Shown here in pieces: positions 1-10,129 of a DNA stretch of 64,000 nt. The notes beneath the pieces were generated by a model, which saw only the letters and a list, made by a program, of their open reading frames with translations, had not been told where the DNA came from and did no database searches. A program made the position numbers and the translations under genes. Source of the DNA: an uncultured Chloroflexia bacterium (GTDB lineage Bacteria; Chloroflexota; Limnocylindria; Limnocylindrales; CSP1-4); the NCBI GenBank assembly GCA_963766735.1, contig CAVYBU010000027.1:1-64000 (forward strand), in the 5' to 3' direction. Position 1 is the first letter of the stretch; each line of letters starts with the position of its first letter.

Positions 1-18
1 AGTGGTCGGGCCTGGACC

Positions 19-42
19 TGGCGCGCCCGGAGGGATCCGAAC
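19..42 (-). repeat. Copy of tRNA-Arg 3' end (att-like site)
   Basis: tggcgcgcccggagggatccgaac matches 1916-1939 (tggcgcgcccggagggattcgaac) at 23/24, same orientation. Confidence 0.85.
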
Positions 43-199
43 ACGCAGGAACAACACGCGTCGCACCGCGGTATCACACGGACGATGCATGACGCGCAGG
101 AGGGACCGGTGGGCCGCGCGGCGTACCCATTGGGTTGGCGCTCACTGGCTGGGTCGACGTATGTGGTCGTCCAGTCGATGGGCCCCTTCGCGTCCGCCG

Positions 200-712
200 T
201 CAGGCCGCGTAGCCGCCCCGCAGCGCGGCCAGGATGTCCTGCCATTCCCGGTCCTGGGGATCGCCGGCGCCCCGGGCGAGGATGGTGCCGTCGCGGGTCA
301 CGACCAGTGCGTGGACCTCGTCACCACCCGGGATCGCAAGGGACCGCTGGAACCTGCCCACGTCGGTGTAGATCGTGATCGTCCGGGCGAGGACGTCCGG
401 GTCGCCGATGCCCGACGTCATGCCGCCATCGATGAATCGCCGGACCGGCCGCCACGCGGTGGCGAGGACGGGCAGCTCCACCACGGCAACGGGCAGCGCG
501 CCGGTGTGGCCCCGAGGCGTCGGGGGCACGCCATCCGCCACGGCACGAGCGATCCAGCGGTCCACCCGGGCCTGGTGCCATTGTCGGAACGCCACGACGG
601 CCAGCGTCCGTTCGGCGGGGAACTCGCGCGGGAGCGCAAGCTCCACGCCCAGGAGCGAGCGACCGGTGACGGCAGGGAAGCGGGCGGCGGTCCCGCCGGC
701 GTCGGCGGTCAT
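200..712 (-). CDS. Hypothetical protein, possibly ATP10/thioredoxin-like
   Basis: ATG at 712 gives MTADAGGTAARFPAVTGRSLLG..LAVVAFRQWHQ..FIDGGMTSGI; globular, GC3-rich frame; family assignment tentative. Confidence 0.65.
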   Translation of the reverse strand: MTADAGGTAARFPAVTGRSLLGVELALPREFPAERTLAVVAFRQWHQARVDRWIARAVADGVPPTPRGHTGALPVAVVELPVLATAWRPVRRFIDGGMTSGIGDPDVLARTITIYTDVGRFQRSLAIPGGDEVHALVVTRDGTILARGAGDPQDREWQDILAALRGGYAA

Positions 713-737
713 CGCGGGGCAGCCCGTCTGCCGTGCA

Positions 738-1631
738 TCAGGAACCCGTCCCGGGATCGGGCAGGGGATCGACCCCGGTGAGCCCAGCGGCGAGCTCCCA
801 GAAGCGGCGGGCCCTGCCCGCATCGTGAGACTCCGGGCTGGAGTCGATGGGCCGCCGCTCTCCAAAGAACTGGCCCCCGACGCCCACGATGGACGGATCG
901 ACGGCCATGAAGGCGAGCGAGTCCGCGGCGGCATCCACCGACGTAGCGAACGGCATGCGGGGAAGGACGACCTGCATGAACCGCCGCTTGACGCCGTGGG
1001 CGCTGGCGGAGGCGGTCGCCGGCACGAAGCCCGGACACACGGCATTCGAGGTGATCGAGCGGGGCGGCAGGCGGCGCTGGAGCTCGTAGGCCAGCCACAC
1101 CACCGCGAGCTTGGAGTTCTTGTAGGCGCGGTCGGGCTGGTAGCCGCGCTCCAGCTGCGGATCGTCGAAGTCGAAGTCCACCGGGACGCCGCGCGAGTCC
1201 GGCAGGTGGAGCCGGGAGCTGACGAAGACGACGCGGGAGGAAGGCGACCGCTCGAGCAACGGCAGCATCAGGCCCGTCGTCAGGTAGGGCGCCAGGTCGT
1301 TGACGGCCAGCGTCTCCTCGAAGCCGTCCACCGTGACCCTGCGGGTCGGGCTCTGCTGCATGATGCCGGCGACGTGGAACAGGACGTCGATGGGCGCATC
1401 GAGCTCCAGCTGGGCGTCTGCGAACGCCCGCACGGCGGCCAGTGAGGAGAGGTCCACGGCCCGCGGTTCCACGAGAGCGCCGGGATGCCGCTGCCGGATC
1501 TCCGTCGCCGCGGTCTCCGCAGCAGACGGGGTCCGGGCGGTCAGCAGGACGCGGTGGCCGGCCGCGGCGAGCTTCTCCGCGGTGGCTCTCCCGAGGCCTC
1601 GCCCGCCCCCGGTGATCAGGATGGTCGTCAT
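738..1631 (-). CDS. SDR family NAD(P)-dependent oxidoreductase
   Basis: TGGGRGLG Rossmann motif, YKNSK catalytic YxxxK, CPGFV. Confidence 0.95.
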   Translation of the reverse strand: MTTILITGGGRGLGRATAEKLAAAGHRVLLTARTPSAAETAATEIRQRHPGALVEPRAVDLSSLAAVRAFADAQLELDAPIDVLFHVAGIMQQSPTRRVTVDGFEETLAVNDLAPYLTTGLMLPLLERSPSSRVVFVSSRLHLPDSRGVPVDFDFDDPQLERGYQPDRAYKNSKLAVVWLAYELQRRLPPRSITSNAVCPGFVPATASASAHGVKRRFMQVVLPRMPFATSVDAAADSLAFMAVDPSIVGVGGQFFGERRPIDSSPESHDAGRARRFWELAAGLTGVDPLPDPGTGS

Positions 1632-1915
1632 CGCACGACCATCGTAGTCGCGTGTCGCGGACGCGGGGCCTCAGCCTGCATCGGCGCTCGAGGGACGTCG
1701 GTCAGTGGGAGCGTCACGAATATTCGAGTCCCGGTCGCGCGGCACCAAACCTTCGGGGTCGTCTCTTGGGTGGTGACCGCATGGGCGCCGAACCGCGCGT
1801 CGCCCATGTCGCCGACTGACGCAACCGATGGCACCTTTCGCAGCGTCGCAACGGCTGGCGCGATCGCCAACCCATGGCGCCGCTGGTCAGTCACCTATGT
1901 CGCGACTCAGGACAA

Positions 1916-1992
<77 letters not shown>

Positions 1993-2074
1993 GCGGCCCG
2001 CGAATGATACCGCTGCCGCGCGACTGGGCACCAAAGCGACGTCCGATGCCCTTCGCCTTGCCGCACGCCTCCGG

Positions 2075-3035
2075 TTGCGGCACACTCCGCCGGTGCCCTT
2101 TGACGAGCTGTACCTGTACGACAGGCCGCGTCGACGCCCCCACGGGCGCCTGACGGCGGTCGCGTTCGTGGGTGCGCTTGTCGTTCTGCTGGCGCTCCCG
2201 GCGCCAGGGCCGAGCGGGCAGGTGCTGGACCTCGTGGGCGGTGACGATGCCGCCGCCATCGGCCAGGAGCCCGCGCCCGCGCAGCCGCAGGTCCCCTCGG
2301 CCGGGGCTCCGGGAGCGTTGGGCTCGCCGTCAACTGGTGCGTCGCCATCGCCGTCGCCGCTCGTCGAGAGCGCAGACCCCACGGCACCTCCGTTGGAGGC
2401 TCTCCGAGGGCTACGTCTGGCCCATCGCCCACCCACGTCTCACGCTTCCCTTCGGCCCAACGGTCTGGGGTTCCCGCTGGGTGGATGGCGAGCGCTTCCA
2501 CGATGGCGTGGACCTTGCCACCTTCTGCGGCGACCGGGTCCTCGCCGCGCACTCGGGCACGGTGCTCACGGCCGGTCGCCACTACGACGAGTACATGGGC
2601 TGGGTTGGCGACCTGGACCCGTACCTGAAGCGCCTGGAGCAGAAGAACCTCTGGAAGACGCTTCCGATCGTGGTCGTCATCGACGACGGCAACGGCTACC
2701 GGAGCGTCTACGCCCACTTCGGCAAGGTCACGGTCAAGAGCGGCCAGCAGGTGGAGGCGGGCCAGCTCATCGGCCATGAAGGCGCCACGGGCCGTGCCTC
2801 GGGCTGCCACCTCCACTACGGGCTGTTCTCGCCGTGGGAGCAGGACACCATGGCGATCCGCGCGGATGTCGTGAAGCGGATGAAGACTCCGAAGGAGGAG
2901 ATCGCTCGGATCGACCCGCTGTTGATCCTGCCGCCGAAGCCCGGCATCAACGCGCCGAAGACTCCAAAGCCGACGCAATCCGGATCCGCGCCCACGTCCG
3001 CCCCCGTGCCGGACGCGGCCGTCGGGATCCGCTAG
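2075..3035 (+). CDS. M23 family metallopeptidase with N-terminal TM (frameshift near 2405)
   Basis: TM and Pro-rich linker in the 2075 frame join GYVWP..HDGVD..YAH..HLH M23 motifs in the 2172 frame; one extra base in ctctccgag. Confidence 0.85.
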
Positions 3036-4492
3036 GCGTTCCGTCGGTACCGGCGTCCGACGAGGGACCACGCGGGCAGTCGCGAAAGCGCCTCCGCCAG
3101 GGACGGGCCCGCGCCGCCGTCCCGCCGCTCGATCGCCAGTGTCGCGGGCTTGTCGGCACCCGGTCGCGCGTCAACGCCCGTGAGGTCCAGGACCACGCGC
3201 CCGGGCTCGGCCTCGCCCAGCTCCGCCAGCAGGGCCGGCGGCCAGTCCGGGACGGGCGATTCCGTGTGGACCTCGCGCTCGGCACGCCAGCGGGGGTGCC
3301 GGAGGAGGATCGCGCGCCACCCGTCGGCCACCGCCGCGGTCACGCATCCGTCACCCGGGACTGGCGCCGCCGAGAGGTGTTCGCCGCGGGCCCAGAGCGC
3401 GGCCTGGTGGAGCAGCGCGTATTCGTCCAGGTCCGCGAAGTCGGAGAGCCGCTCGGCGGGCGACCCGTCGCCGAACACCGCTCGAATCGACGGCGCGAAC
3501 ACCTCGGCCAGGTCCAGGTCGATCGCCCGCACGGTCCGGTGCAGGTACACGTGCTGGTACATGAACAGGCGCGCCGTGAGGAACATCTCCAGGGCTCCGA
3601 CGCCCGACTCGTACAGCGTCAGGCCGCGGTCCGACACGAAGGTGTAGCGGCGGAGGCGTTCCGCGTCCACCGGGCCCATCGAGACCCCGGTGAGGTAGGC
3701 GTCCCGGCGCACGTAGTCAAGGTTGTCCACGGTGAACACGCCGGAGAGCAGCGGCTGGAGCGTCCGGACCCAGCCGGGCATGGACGCGTCCACCAGCGGC
3801 GGCTTGGAGATGAGGAACGAGACCCAGCGCGGGTCGATCGCCTCGCTGTCCGCGAACCGGTCCCGCTCCGCCACCGCACCCGGCGCCCGCCGCAGGGAGC
3901 GGATCAGGGGCCCCAGCTCCCGCTCGATGACGAGTTGCGAGAGGTCCTCGTGGGAGAGCGTCTTGGCGCCCGGCCGTCGAGGATCAACCGGGGCAGGGAA
4001 GTCGGCCAGGAACCTCTCGTCGAAGAAGTGGGCGAACGGTCCGTGCCCCACGTCATGGAGGAGGCCTGCGATCCGCAGCGTCTCGATGACGAGGCCCTCC
4101 GACGGGACGGCCTCACCTGGCGCCAGGGCGGGAAGGGCCGCGCGGAGGGTGGGGTAGAGGGAGCGCGCCCAGAGGCCCGCCTCGTGCATCACGCCCAGGC
4201 CGTGCGTGAACCTTGAATGCTCGGCGGTGGGGAAGACCCAGCGGGCGCTCTGGAGCTGGCTGATCCGGCGCAGGCGCTGGACCCAGGCCGTGTCCAGCAG
4301 GTCGTCCTCGGCCGCATCCTCCTCGTGGAGCCCTGCTGCGCGGGCATCCGCCGGGGAGAGACGCTTGGACAGCTCGACGTACCCGTGGATCGGGTCGCTG
4401 ATGAGGTTGACGGCGGCGAAGAGCAGGCGGCGCCCGCTGCGGTCGGCCGAGTCGGCCGCTACGGCACCCAGATCCTCTTCGTGCTCGTCCAC
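3032..4492 (-). CDS. HD-domain phosphohydrolase (dNTPase/SAMHD1-like family)
   Basis: DPIHG, QRLRRISQL, HSRFTHGLG, LLHDVGHGPFAH, DNLDYVRRD motifs; GTG start preceded by TAACCT -10. Confidence 0.92.
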   Translation of the reverse strand: MDEHEEDLGAVAADSADRSGRRLLFAAVNLISDPIHGYVELSKRLSPADARAAGLHEEDAAEDDLLDTAWVQRLRRISQLQSARWVFPTAEHSRFTHGLGVMHEAGLWARSLYPTLRAALPALAPGEAVPSEGLVIETLRIAGLLHDVGHGPFAHFFDERFLADFPAPVDPRRPGAKTLSHEDLSQLVIERELGPLIRSLRRAPGAVAERDRFADSEAIDPRWVSFLISKPPLVDASMPGWVRTLQPLLSGVFTVDNLDYVRRDAYLTGVSMGPVDAERLRRYTFVSDRGLTLYESGVGALEMFLTARLFMYQHVYLHRTVRAIDLDLAEVFAPSIRAVFGDGSPAERLSDFADLDEYALLHQAALWARGEHLSAAPVPGDGCVTAAVADGWRAILLRHPRWRAEREVHTESPVPDWPPALLAELGEAEPGRVVLDLTGVDARPGADKPATLAIERRDGGAGPSLAEALSRLPAWSLVGRRYRRNA

Positions 4493-5382
4493 CTCGAGAG
4501 GTTACCGCGCCGGTCGGCCGACTGGACGCGGAACGAGTACCAGTGCCCGTGCGCCCGCCGGTACAGGGTCAGCGCCTTGGCCGTCGTGTCGTTCCTGATC
4601 GTGCGCCACTTCCCGTTGCCCACCCGGTACTGGACATCGAATGATCGCAGGCCGGCCGTGTGCGTCTGGAGCCTCCGGTCTGCTCCGGTCCAGGCGAACC
4701 GGATCGTCGTGCCACTCCTGGTCAGCGATACGTTCCGCGCGACCGGGGCCGTATGGTCCTTCGACTCCGAGAACACCACCGAGACATACGTCTTCTTCGA
4801 CGCCGAGCGGTAGGCGAAGGCGATGCCCACGTAGTTGAACTTGGAGCTGAACATGAGCGAGCGGTGCGTGGAGCTGCCCTTCCAGAGGGAGTAGATGTTG
4901 GCCGCTGCCTGGCTGCCCCACGGGTACGTGCTGGCGCCGATGATCTCGCCGTAGCGATACCACTGGATGCCGCGGGCGGTGAACGCCCTCCCCACGTTGC
5001 CGCCGGCGGCGGTATGAGACAGGGTGTTGGTCGTGACCATCCTGGCCGCGCGGTCCGCGGCGACAGACGTCAACCTGGACCAGCTGCGGAGCGGGACGAG
5101 GCCCCGCGCGGCGCGATCCCGGTTGAGCCAGCTGAGCACCTTGGCGCTCATTGCGCTTGCAGTGGAGGTCGTCGTCGCGGCTGCGACGGGGCCGGGCAGG
5201 GTGCCCAGCATCACTATCAGGGCGAGGGACGCGGCCAGGACCGTGGCCGCGCGGCGGCGCGGGCGGCGGCGGGAGGCGCTCGGGGCGCCGGGGACGTGGG
5301 GGATGGCGGCGGCAGCGATAACGAGTTCTCCGCTGAGACGCGCATGCGGGGGGTCGGCGGCGCGGCACCCCAACCCTACCAA
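4459..5382 (-). CDS. Secreted CAP/SCP-domain protein with C-terminal Fn3-like region (start uncertain)
   Basis: Signal-like hydrophobic stretch; LNRDRAARGLVPL, LSH, GEII, WKGSSTHR, YVGIA CAP motifs. Confidence 0.85.
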   Translation of the reverse strand: MVGLGCRAADPPHARLSGELVIAAAAIPHVPGAPSASRRRPRRRAATVLAASLALIVMLGTLPGPVAAATTTSTASAMSAKVLSWLNRDRAARGLVPLRSWSRLTSVAADRAARMVTTNTLSHTAAGGNVGRAFTARGIQWYRYGEIIGASTYPWGSQAAANIYSLWKGSSTHRSLMFSSKFNYVGIAFAYRSASKKTYVSVVFSESKDHTAPVARNVSLTRSGTTIRFAWTGADRRLQTHTAGLRSFDVQYRVGNGKWRTIRNDTTAKALTLYRRAHGHWYSFRVQSADRRGNLSRWTSTKRIWVP

Positions 5383-5418
5383 ACCCCACCGAACCCCACC
5401 GAGCCCGACCCCATGCCC

Positions 5419-6444
5419 TCAGGGCATCGGGTACTGCGCGGCCGCACGGGCGTGCGTCGCGGCCAGGTCGGCGCGCAGGGCGGCGGGCGCCAGCACTTCC
5501 ACGTCGTCGCCCCAGGACAGGATCCACAGGCGGATCTCCACCGTGCCGGACACGGTGGCGCGCCACTCGATCGATCCGTCCCCAGCCACGCTCACGACCT
5601 GGCTCGGGTGCCAGGTTGCCTCCCGGACGCGGGTGGCGACTGACGGCGCGAACCGCAGGACGACCTCGGCCTGCGGCTGGTCCGCGATGATGTCCCACGC
5701 GCGCCGAAGCGTGTCGCCGATGGTTGGGGGCGGCCCCTCGAAGGTCCGCGGCAGGATCGTCAGGTCCAGGATCCGCTCCACCTTGAAGGTCCGGATCGCG
5801 TCGCGCGTCTCGTCGTGGCCGATCAGGTACAGCGCGTGCGTCTGGAGCGACGGCTCCAGCAGGTAGGGCCGCACTTCGCGCCAGCTGGTCTCCTTCTCCC
5901 CGCCGTCGTAGGCCGCGGGCGCATACCGGAAGCGGACGACCCGCCGTTCCGCCCACGCGCGGGTCAGGTCCTCCACGTGGCGGTTGAACCCGTCGTCCAC
6001 CGGCCGACTGGAGAGGTCATCCAGCGTCCGCTCCACGTGCTCGCGGAGGGCGTCGGGCAGCCCGTCCTCCAGCTTGGTGAACGCGGACGAGAGGTTGGGG
6101 TCGTACTTGTCGGCATAGCGGGTCACCAGGCGGGCCGCCAGGAACACGGCCATCGCCTCGGGCAGCGTGAGGCGCAGCGGTGGCAGGAACGCCCCCTTCT
6201 CCACGCCCCACCGGCCGCTCTCGCTCCAGAGCGGGATCTGCATCTCGTCCTCAAGCGCGTGCAGGTCCCGGTACACGCTCCGCACGGACATGTTCGTACG
6301 GCGGGCGATCTCGGCCGGCCTGACGCCGGTCTCGCCGTGACCCTGGAGCACGCGGAGCACGCTGAGCAGCCGGGCCAGCCGGTCGCGCTTGCCCTCCAGG
6401 CGATCGCCGTCCGGCAGGTACTGGTCCGTGCGGTCGTAGGTCAT
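5419..6444 (-). CDS. HTH-WYL-WCX transcriptional regulator (PafB/C-like)
   Basis: N-terminal HTH (SVRSVYRDLHALE), REVRPYLL..LYLIG..RTFKVERI WYL core, WILSWGDDVEVLAP WCX. Confidence 0.93.
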   Translation of the reverse strand: MTYDRTDQYLPDGDRLEGKRDRLARLLSVLRVLQGHGETGVRPAEIARRTNMSVRSVYRDLHALEDEMQIPLWSESGRWGVEKGAFLPPLRLTLPEAMAVFLAARLVTRYADKYDPNLSSAFTKLEDGLPDALREHVERTLDDLSSRPVDDGFNRHVEDLTRAWAERRVVRFRYAPAAYDGGEKETSWREVRPYLLEPSLQTHALYLIGHDETRDAIRTFKVERILDLTILPRTFEGPPPTIGDTLRRAWDIIADQPQAEVVLRFAPSVATRVREATWHPSQVVSVAGDGSIEWRATVSGTVEIRLWILSWGDDVEVLAPAALRADLAATHARAAAQYPMP

Positions 6445-6460
6445 CCGACGTCCCTCCTCG

Positions 6461-7645
6461 TCATCGCGTGGGTGGAGTCACGGTGATGGGCAGCCCGCGG
6501 TCCACCGCAATCATCCTGAACCGGAGGCTCGCGAGGACCGCGTCCTCCGCGAGGTCGAGCGCCGGCCCGGAGATCTGCCCGTCCACCTGGCCAAGCTGGC
6601 CGTCGGCGAAGACCCAGAAGTCCACGTGGCCGCGCCAGCGGGAGAGGTCGGTCTGACCGACCAGCAGCTCAACCTGCGGCAGCGCGTCACGGATCATCGT
6701 CCCATCGACCGCGATCCGGCAGGTTCGGGCGCGAGCTCCCTCGATGAACGCGATCCCTCGATCCTCGGCGACAGCCCGGTTGGCGGGGGTCAGGGCAACG
6801 AGCAGAAGCGTCCGGTCGAGATCCTCCCCGAGACCCCGGCCGGCTTCGGTCACGGCCCACGGGCGGCCGGGCGTCAGCTCCCAGGTCCGATCGGAGATGC
6901 GCGTCACGCCATGCTGGCCGAGGGTGAGGCGGGACGCCGCGAACCCAATCCATCGGACGTCCGTGCCGCTCCGGACGCCGCGGATGGCCACCTGTCCGGC
7001 GAACCTGTCGTCCTGGGTGGAATCCATCCGCAGGTCGATGACGGCGGTGGGTCCATAGAGGAGCACGTCGTTGCAGGGTGGCGGTTCGAGGTCAGGGTCC
7101 GTGGGCCCGAACCTCGAGGCGATCGAGACGCGATTGCCCAGGGCGAGCTCGTTGACGATCGCAACGGCCGAGAAGACGCTGCCGGCGGCAAGGACCATCG
7201 CAACGCCCAGGGCCGTGCCCAGCACGAGGCGCCGCCGTCGAAGGGCGGTCTCGCCCAGGTGACGGCGGGCCAGCCCAAGCCCGGCAAAGAGCCCCGTCGC
7301 GAGCAGCGCGACGAGCCACGGGTATGCAGCCTCCAGGGAGGGCATCAGCGTCTGGGGGCCTCGGCCGGTGAGCTGGCCTACGAGCCCGCCCAGGGACGGG
7401 ACGAGCAGGAGCATCGTGCCGATGGCCAGCCACGCGATGGCGGCGAACGCACGGCCACCACGGGCGACCGGTGGCCAGATCAGGGCCGCGATGGCGATGA
7501 GCATGGGGCCGGCCGCCGCGACGCCTACCAGGATGTCCATGGGGCCACCCGGGCGGTAGCCGCCCAGGATCAGCCCGAACGCCGCCAGCCAGAGGCCGGC
7601 CAGCGCCAACGCCAGGATCCGCAGCTCGATCGTCCTCACTCGCAC
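6461..7645 (-). CDS. Hypothetical multi-pass membrane protein with C-terminal extracytoplasmic domain
   Basis: About five hydrophobic helices then a soluble domain; GTG 7645 lies 7 nt after TAGACT. Confidence 0.75.
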   Translation of the reverse strand: MRVRTIELRILALALAGLWLAAFGLILGGYRPGGPMDILVGVAAAGPMLIAIAALIWPPVARGGRAFAAIAWLAIGTMLLLVPSLGGLVGQLTGRGPQTLMPSLEAAYPWLVALLATGLFAGLGLARRHLGETALRRRRLVLGTALGVAMVLAAGSVFSAVAIVNELALGNRVSIASRFGPTDPDLEPPPCNDVLLYGPTAVIDLRMDSTQDDRFAGQVAIRGVRSGTDVRWIGFAASRLTLGQHGVTRISDRTWELTPGRPWAVTEAGRGLGEDLDRTLLLVALTPANRAVAEDRGIAFIEGARARTCRIAVDGTMIRDALPQVELLVGQTDLSRWRGHVDFWVFADGQLGQVDGQISGPALDLAEDAVLASLRFRMIAVDRGLPITVTPPTR

Positions 7646-7734
7646 GAGGCCGAGTCTACTCACCCGCAAAGTACCCGGTCCGGCCGGGACCCCTGGGTCA
7701 TGGGCAACCGGGACCATCTCGCCTCATCATGGCC

Positions 7735-7865
7735 CCACTGCACCACGATGCAGTGCCCACAACCGAACACAACACCGGTGACGGTGGACTCCCTCCTCCC
7801 GCCGCCTCCGGTCAGCCCTCCGAAGCGACGCCGATCCTCCTCCCGGCGTCGCTTCGGCTGTGTGC
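7735..7865 (+). ncRNA. Candidate sRNA with two CCUCCUCCC hairpins
   Basis: CCTCCTCCC at 7792-7800 and 7836-7844, each over a hairpin loop; 14-bp stem 7820-7833/7844-7857; intergenic between divergent genes. Confidence 0.5.
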
Positions 7866-8010
7866 GTGGTGCGCAGGTCATGCGGGCTCACCGGTAGTCG
7901 TTCACCGAGGCGGCTCTGGTAGATTCGCGTGCGTCACGGTCATTCGCTCGCGTCACGGTCCCAGGCAGGCACGCAAGCGACCAATCCCGTGCCGATGAGT
8001 GAGGATCCCC

Positions 8011-9205
8011 ATGAGCGATCAGACGCCTGGCACCCCGAGCGAGCCGGGATCGACGCCCCCGACCCCGCCTTCGACCCCGCCCCCGATGCCCCCGACCCCG
8101 CCTTCGACGCCCGACAAGGCGCCGACCGAGGCGGTTCCGACCCCGGCTCCGACCGCGGCGGTGCCCGTCCCCGCGCCGGCTCCTCCCCCGACGGCGGCCG
8201 GTGGCGGCAACCGCAACGCCCTGATCGTCGGAGCGGTGGTCGTGGTGCTCGCGATCATCGTCGGCGCCTTTCTCCTGAACCAGGGCAATGCGACGTCGCC
8301 GGGCGCGACGGCGAGCGCCGGCGCCGAGTCGAGCCAGCCGGCGACCGAAGAGCCGACCGAGGAGCCGGCGACCGAAGAGCCGACCGAGGCCCCCACGCCC
8401 ACGCCCGATGCCTGCGCCCCTGAGAACCTCGCGCTCAAGACCGCCGGCGCGCTCACCATCGGCGCCGACAACCCGGCCTACCCGCCGTACTTCGCCCATC
8501 GCGAGGGCGGCAACACCCCGCCGTGGGAAGACTCGGACTACACGGGCGACCCGACGACCGGTGAGGGCTTCGAGAGCGCCGTCGCCTACGCGATCGCGGA
8601 CAAGCTCGGCATCGCCAGGGACAGCGTGACCTGGACCGTTGTCCCGTTCACAAACTCCTTCGCCCCCGGCGCCAAGGACTTCGACTTCTACATCACCCAG
8701 GTCTCGTACAAGCCGGAACGGGCCCAGGCGGCCGACCTGTCCGAGGGCTACTACACGGTCCTCCAGTCCATCGTCGCTCTCAAGGACAGCCCGCTCGCGA
8801 CGGTGACCTCGATCGCCGATCTCGCCGGGTACAAGTTCGGGGCCCAGGTCGGCACGACCAGCTACGACACGATTGTCAACACGATCAAGCCGACCAACGA
8901 GCCGCAGGTCTTCGACACCAACGATCTCGCGGTCGAGGCACTCAAGTCGGGGCAGATCGACGGCCTCGTCGTCGACCTCCCGACGGCGGATTTCGTCACC
9001 AACGTCCAGGTGGAGAACGCGGTCGCCGTGGGCAAGTTCGACACCGGCACGGCCGAGTACTTCTCGCTGGTCCTCGAGAAGGACAGCGCCGCTGACGCCC
9101 TGCGTCAACGCGGCGATCACCGCCCTCAACGACGATGGCACCTTCGCGGGGCTCGTCACCCAGTGGCTCCCGTTCCAGGATGGCGTCCCGGCCTTCCAGC
9201 CCTAG
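8011..9205 (+). CDS. Polar amino-acid ABC transporter substrate-binding protein (frameshift near 9087)
   Basis: SBP family 3 motifs (LTIGADNPAYPPY, GFE, GAQVGTTS, LKSGQIDG); C-terminus PLTPCVNAAITAL in shifted frame; GAGGA SD. Confidence 0.88.
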
Positions 9206-9226
9206 TCGAGCCGGGACCCTGACCTG

Positions 9227-10129
9227 GTGGCCGTGACCGGCGGCCCGTCCGACCGCGGCACCCGTACCCGGATGCCGCGGCGGGCGAGGCTGTCGCGGGC
9301 CCGCGACGAGGGAACACTCCGGTCGCTGACGATCACCATCGTCAGCACGGTCGTCTTCTTCGGCGTCCTCGGCTGGATCATCGTCAACGCGCCCGGATGG
9401 GAGGCGGTTCGCGAGAAGTTCCTGTCACCCAGGTACTTTGCGGAGGCGTTCGGCTTCATCGACGGCCAGTTCGTCTGGGAGCGCTCGATCGTCCGGTTCT
9501 TCGTCGTCAACATCCAGCTGTTCCTGATCGCGGAGGTCCTGATCCTCACGTTCGGCCTCCTGCTGGCGGTGTTGCGGAGCTTGCGGGGACCGGTCTTCTT
9601 CCCGATCCGCGTCCTGTCCACCGTCTACGTCGACGTCTTCCGCGCGATACCGGGGATCCTCGTCATCTACATCCTGGGTTTCGGGATCCCCGGGCTCGGG
9701 ATCAAGGGCACCCCAACCGGCTTCCCCTGGGCGGTCGTTGCGCTGACGCTGATCTACTCCGCCTACGTGTCCGAGGTCTATCGCGCCGGCATCGACTCCA
9801 TCCACCCCAGCCAGGAGGCCGCCGCCCGATCCCTGGGCCTGTCGCGCTTCCAGACCCTGCGCCACGTGATCATCCCGCAGGCCGTGCGCCGGGTGATCCC
9901 GCCGCTTCTCAACGATTTCATCGGGCTCCAGAAGGACACGGTGCTCGTGTCCTATATCGGCGTGGTCGAGATCTTCCGCGCATCCCAGATCAAGGCGGCC
10001 GCGACCTTCAACTTCACGCCGTATGTGGCGACCGCCCTGGTGTTCGTCGTCGTGACGATCCCGCTGGCGCGGTTCACGGACTGGCTCGTCCAGCGTGACC
10101 GGAAGCGCGGCGCGGCGGGCGCCCGATGA
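9227..10129 (+). CDS. Amino-acid ABC transporter permease
   Basis: YVDVFRAIP, AYVSEVYRAGIDSI, EAAARSLGLS EAA motif. Confidence 0.95.
   Translation: MAVTGGPSDRGTRTRMPRRARLSRARDEGTLRSLTITIVSTVVFFGVLGWIIVNAPGWEAVREKFLSPRYFAEAFGFIDGQFVWERSIVRFFVVNIQLFLIAEVLILTFGLLLAVLRSLRGPVFFPIRVLSTVYVDVFRAIPGILVIYILGFGIPGLGIKGTPTGFPWAVVALTLIYSAYVSEVYRAGIDSIHPSQEAAARSLGLSRFQTLRHVIIPQAVRRVIPPLLNDFIGLQKDTVLVSYIGVVEIFRASQIKAAATFNFTPYVATALVFVVVTIPLARFTDWLVQRDRKRGAAGAR

Noticed and set aside
1780-1808. Hairpin catgggcg/cgcccatg between the SDR gene and tRNA
   Set aside because: A single 8-bp GC-rich stem is not enough to call an RNA element
7882-7892. 11-bp match to the tRNA-Lys 3' end (gcgggctcacc)
   Set aside because: Short, GC-rich and on the 5' side of the tRNA; compatible with chance
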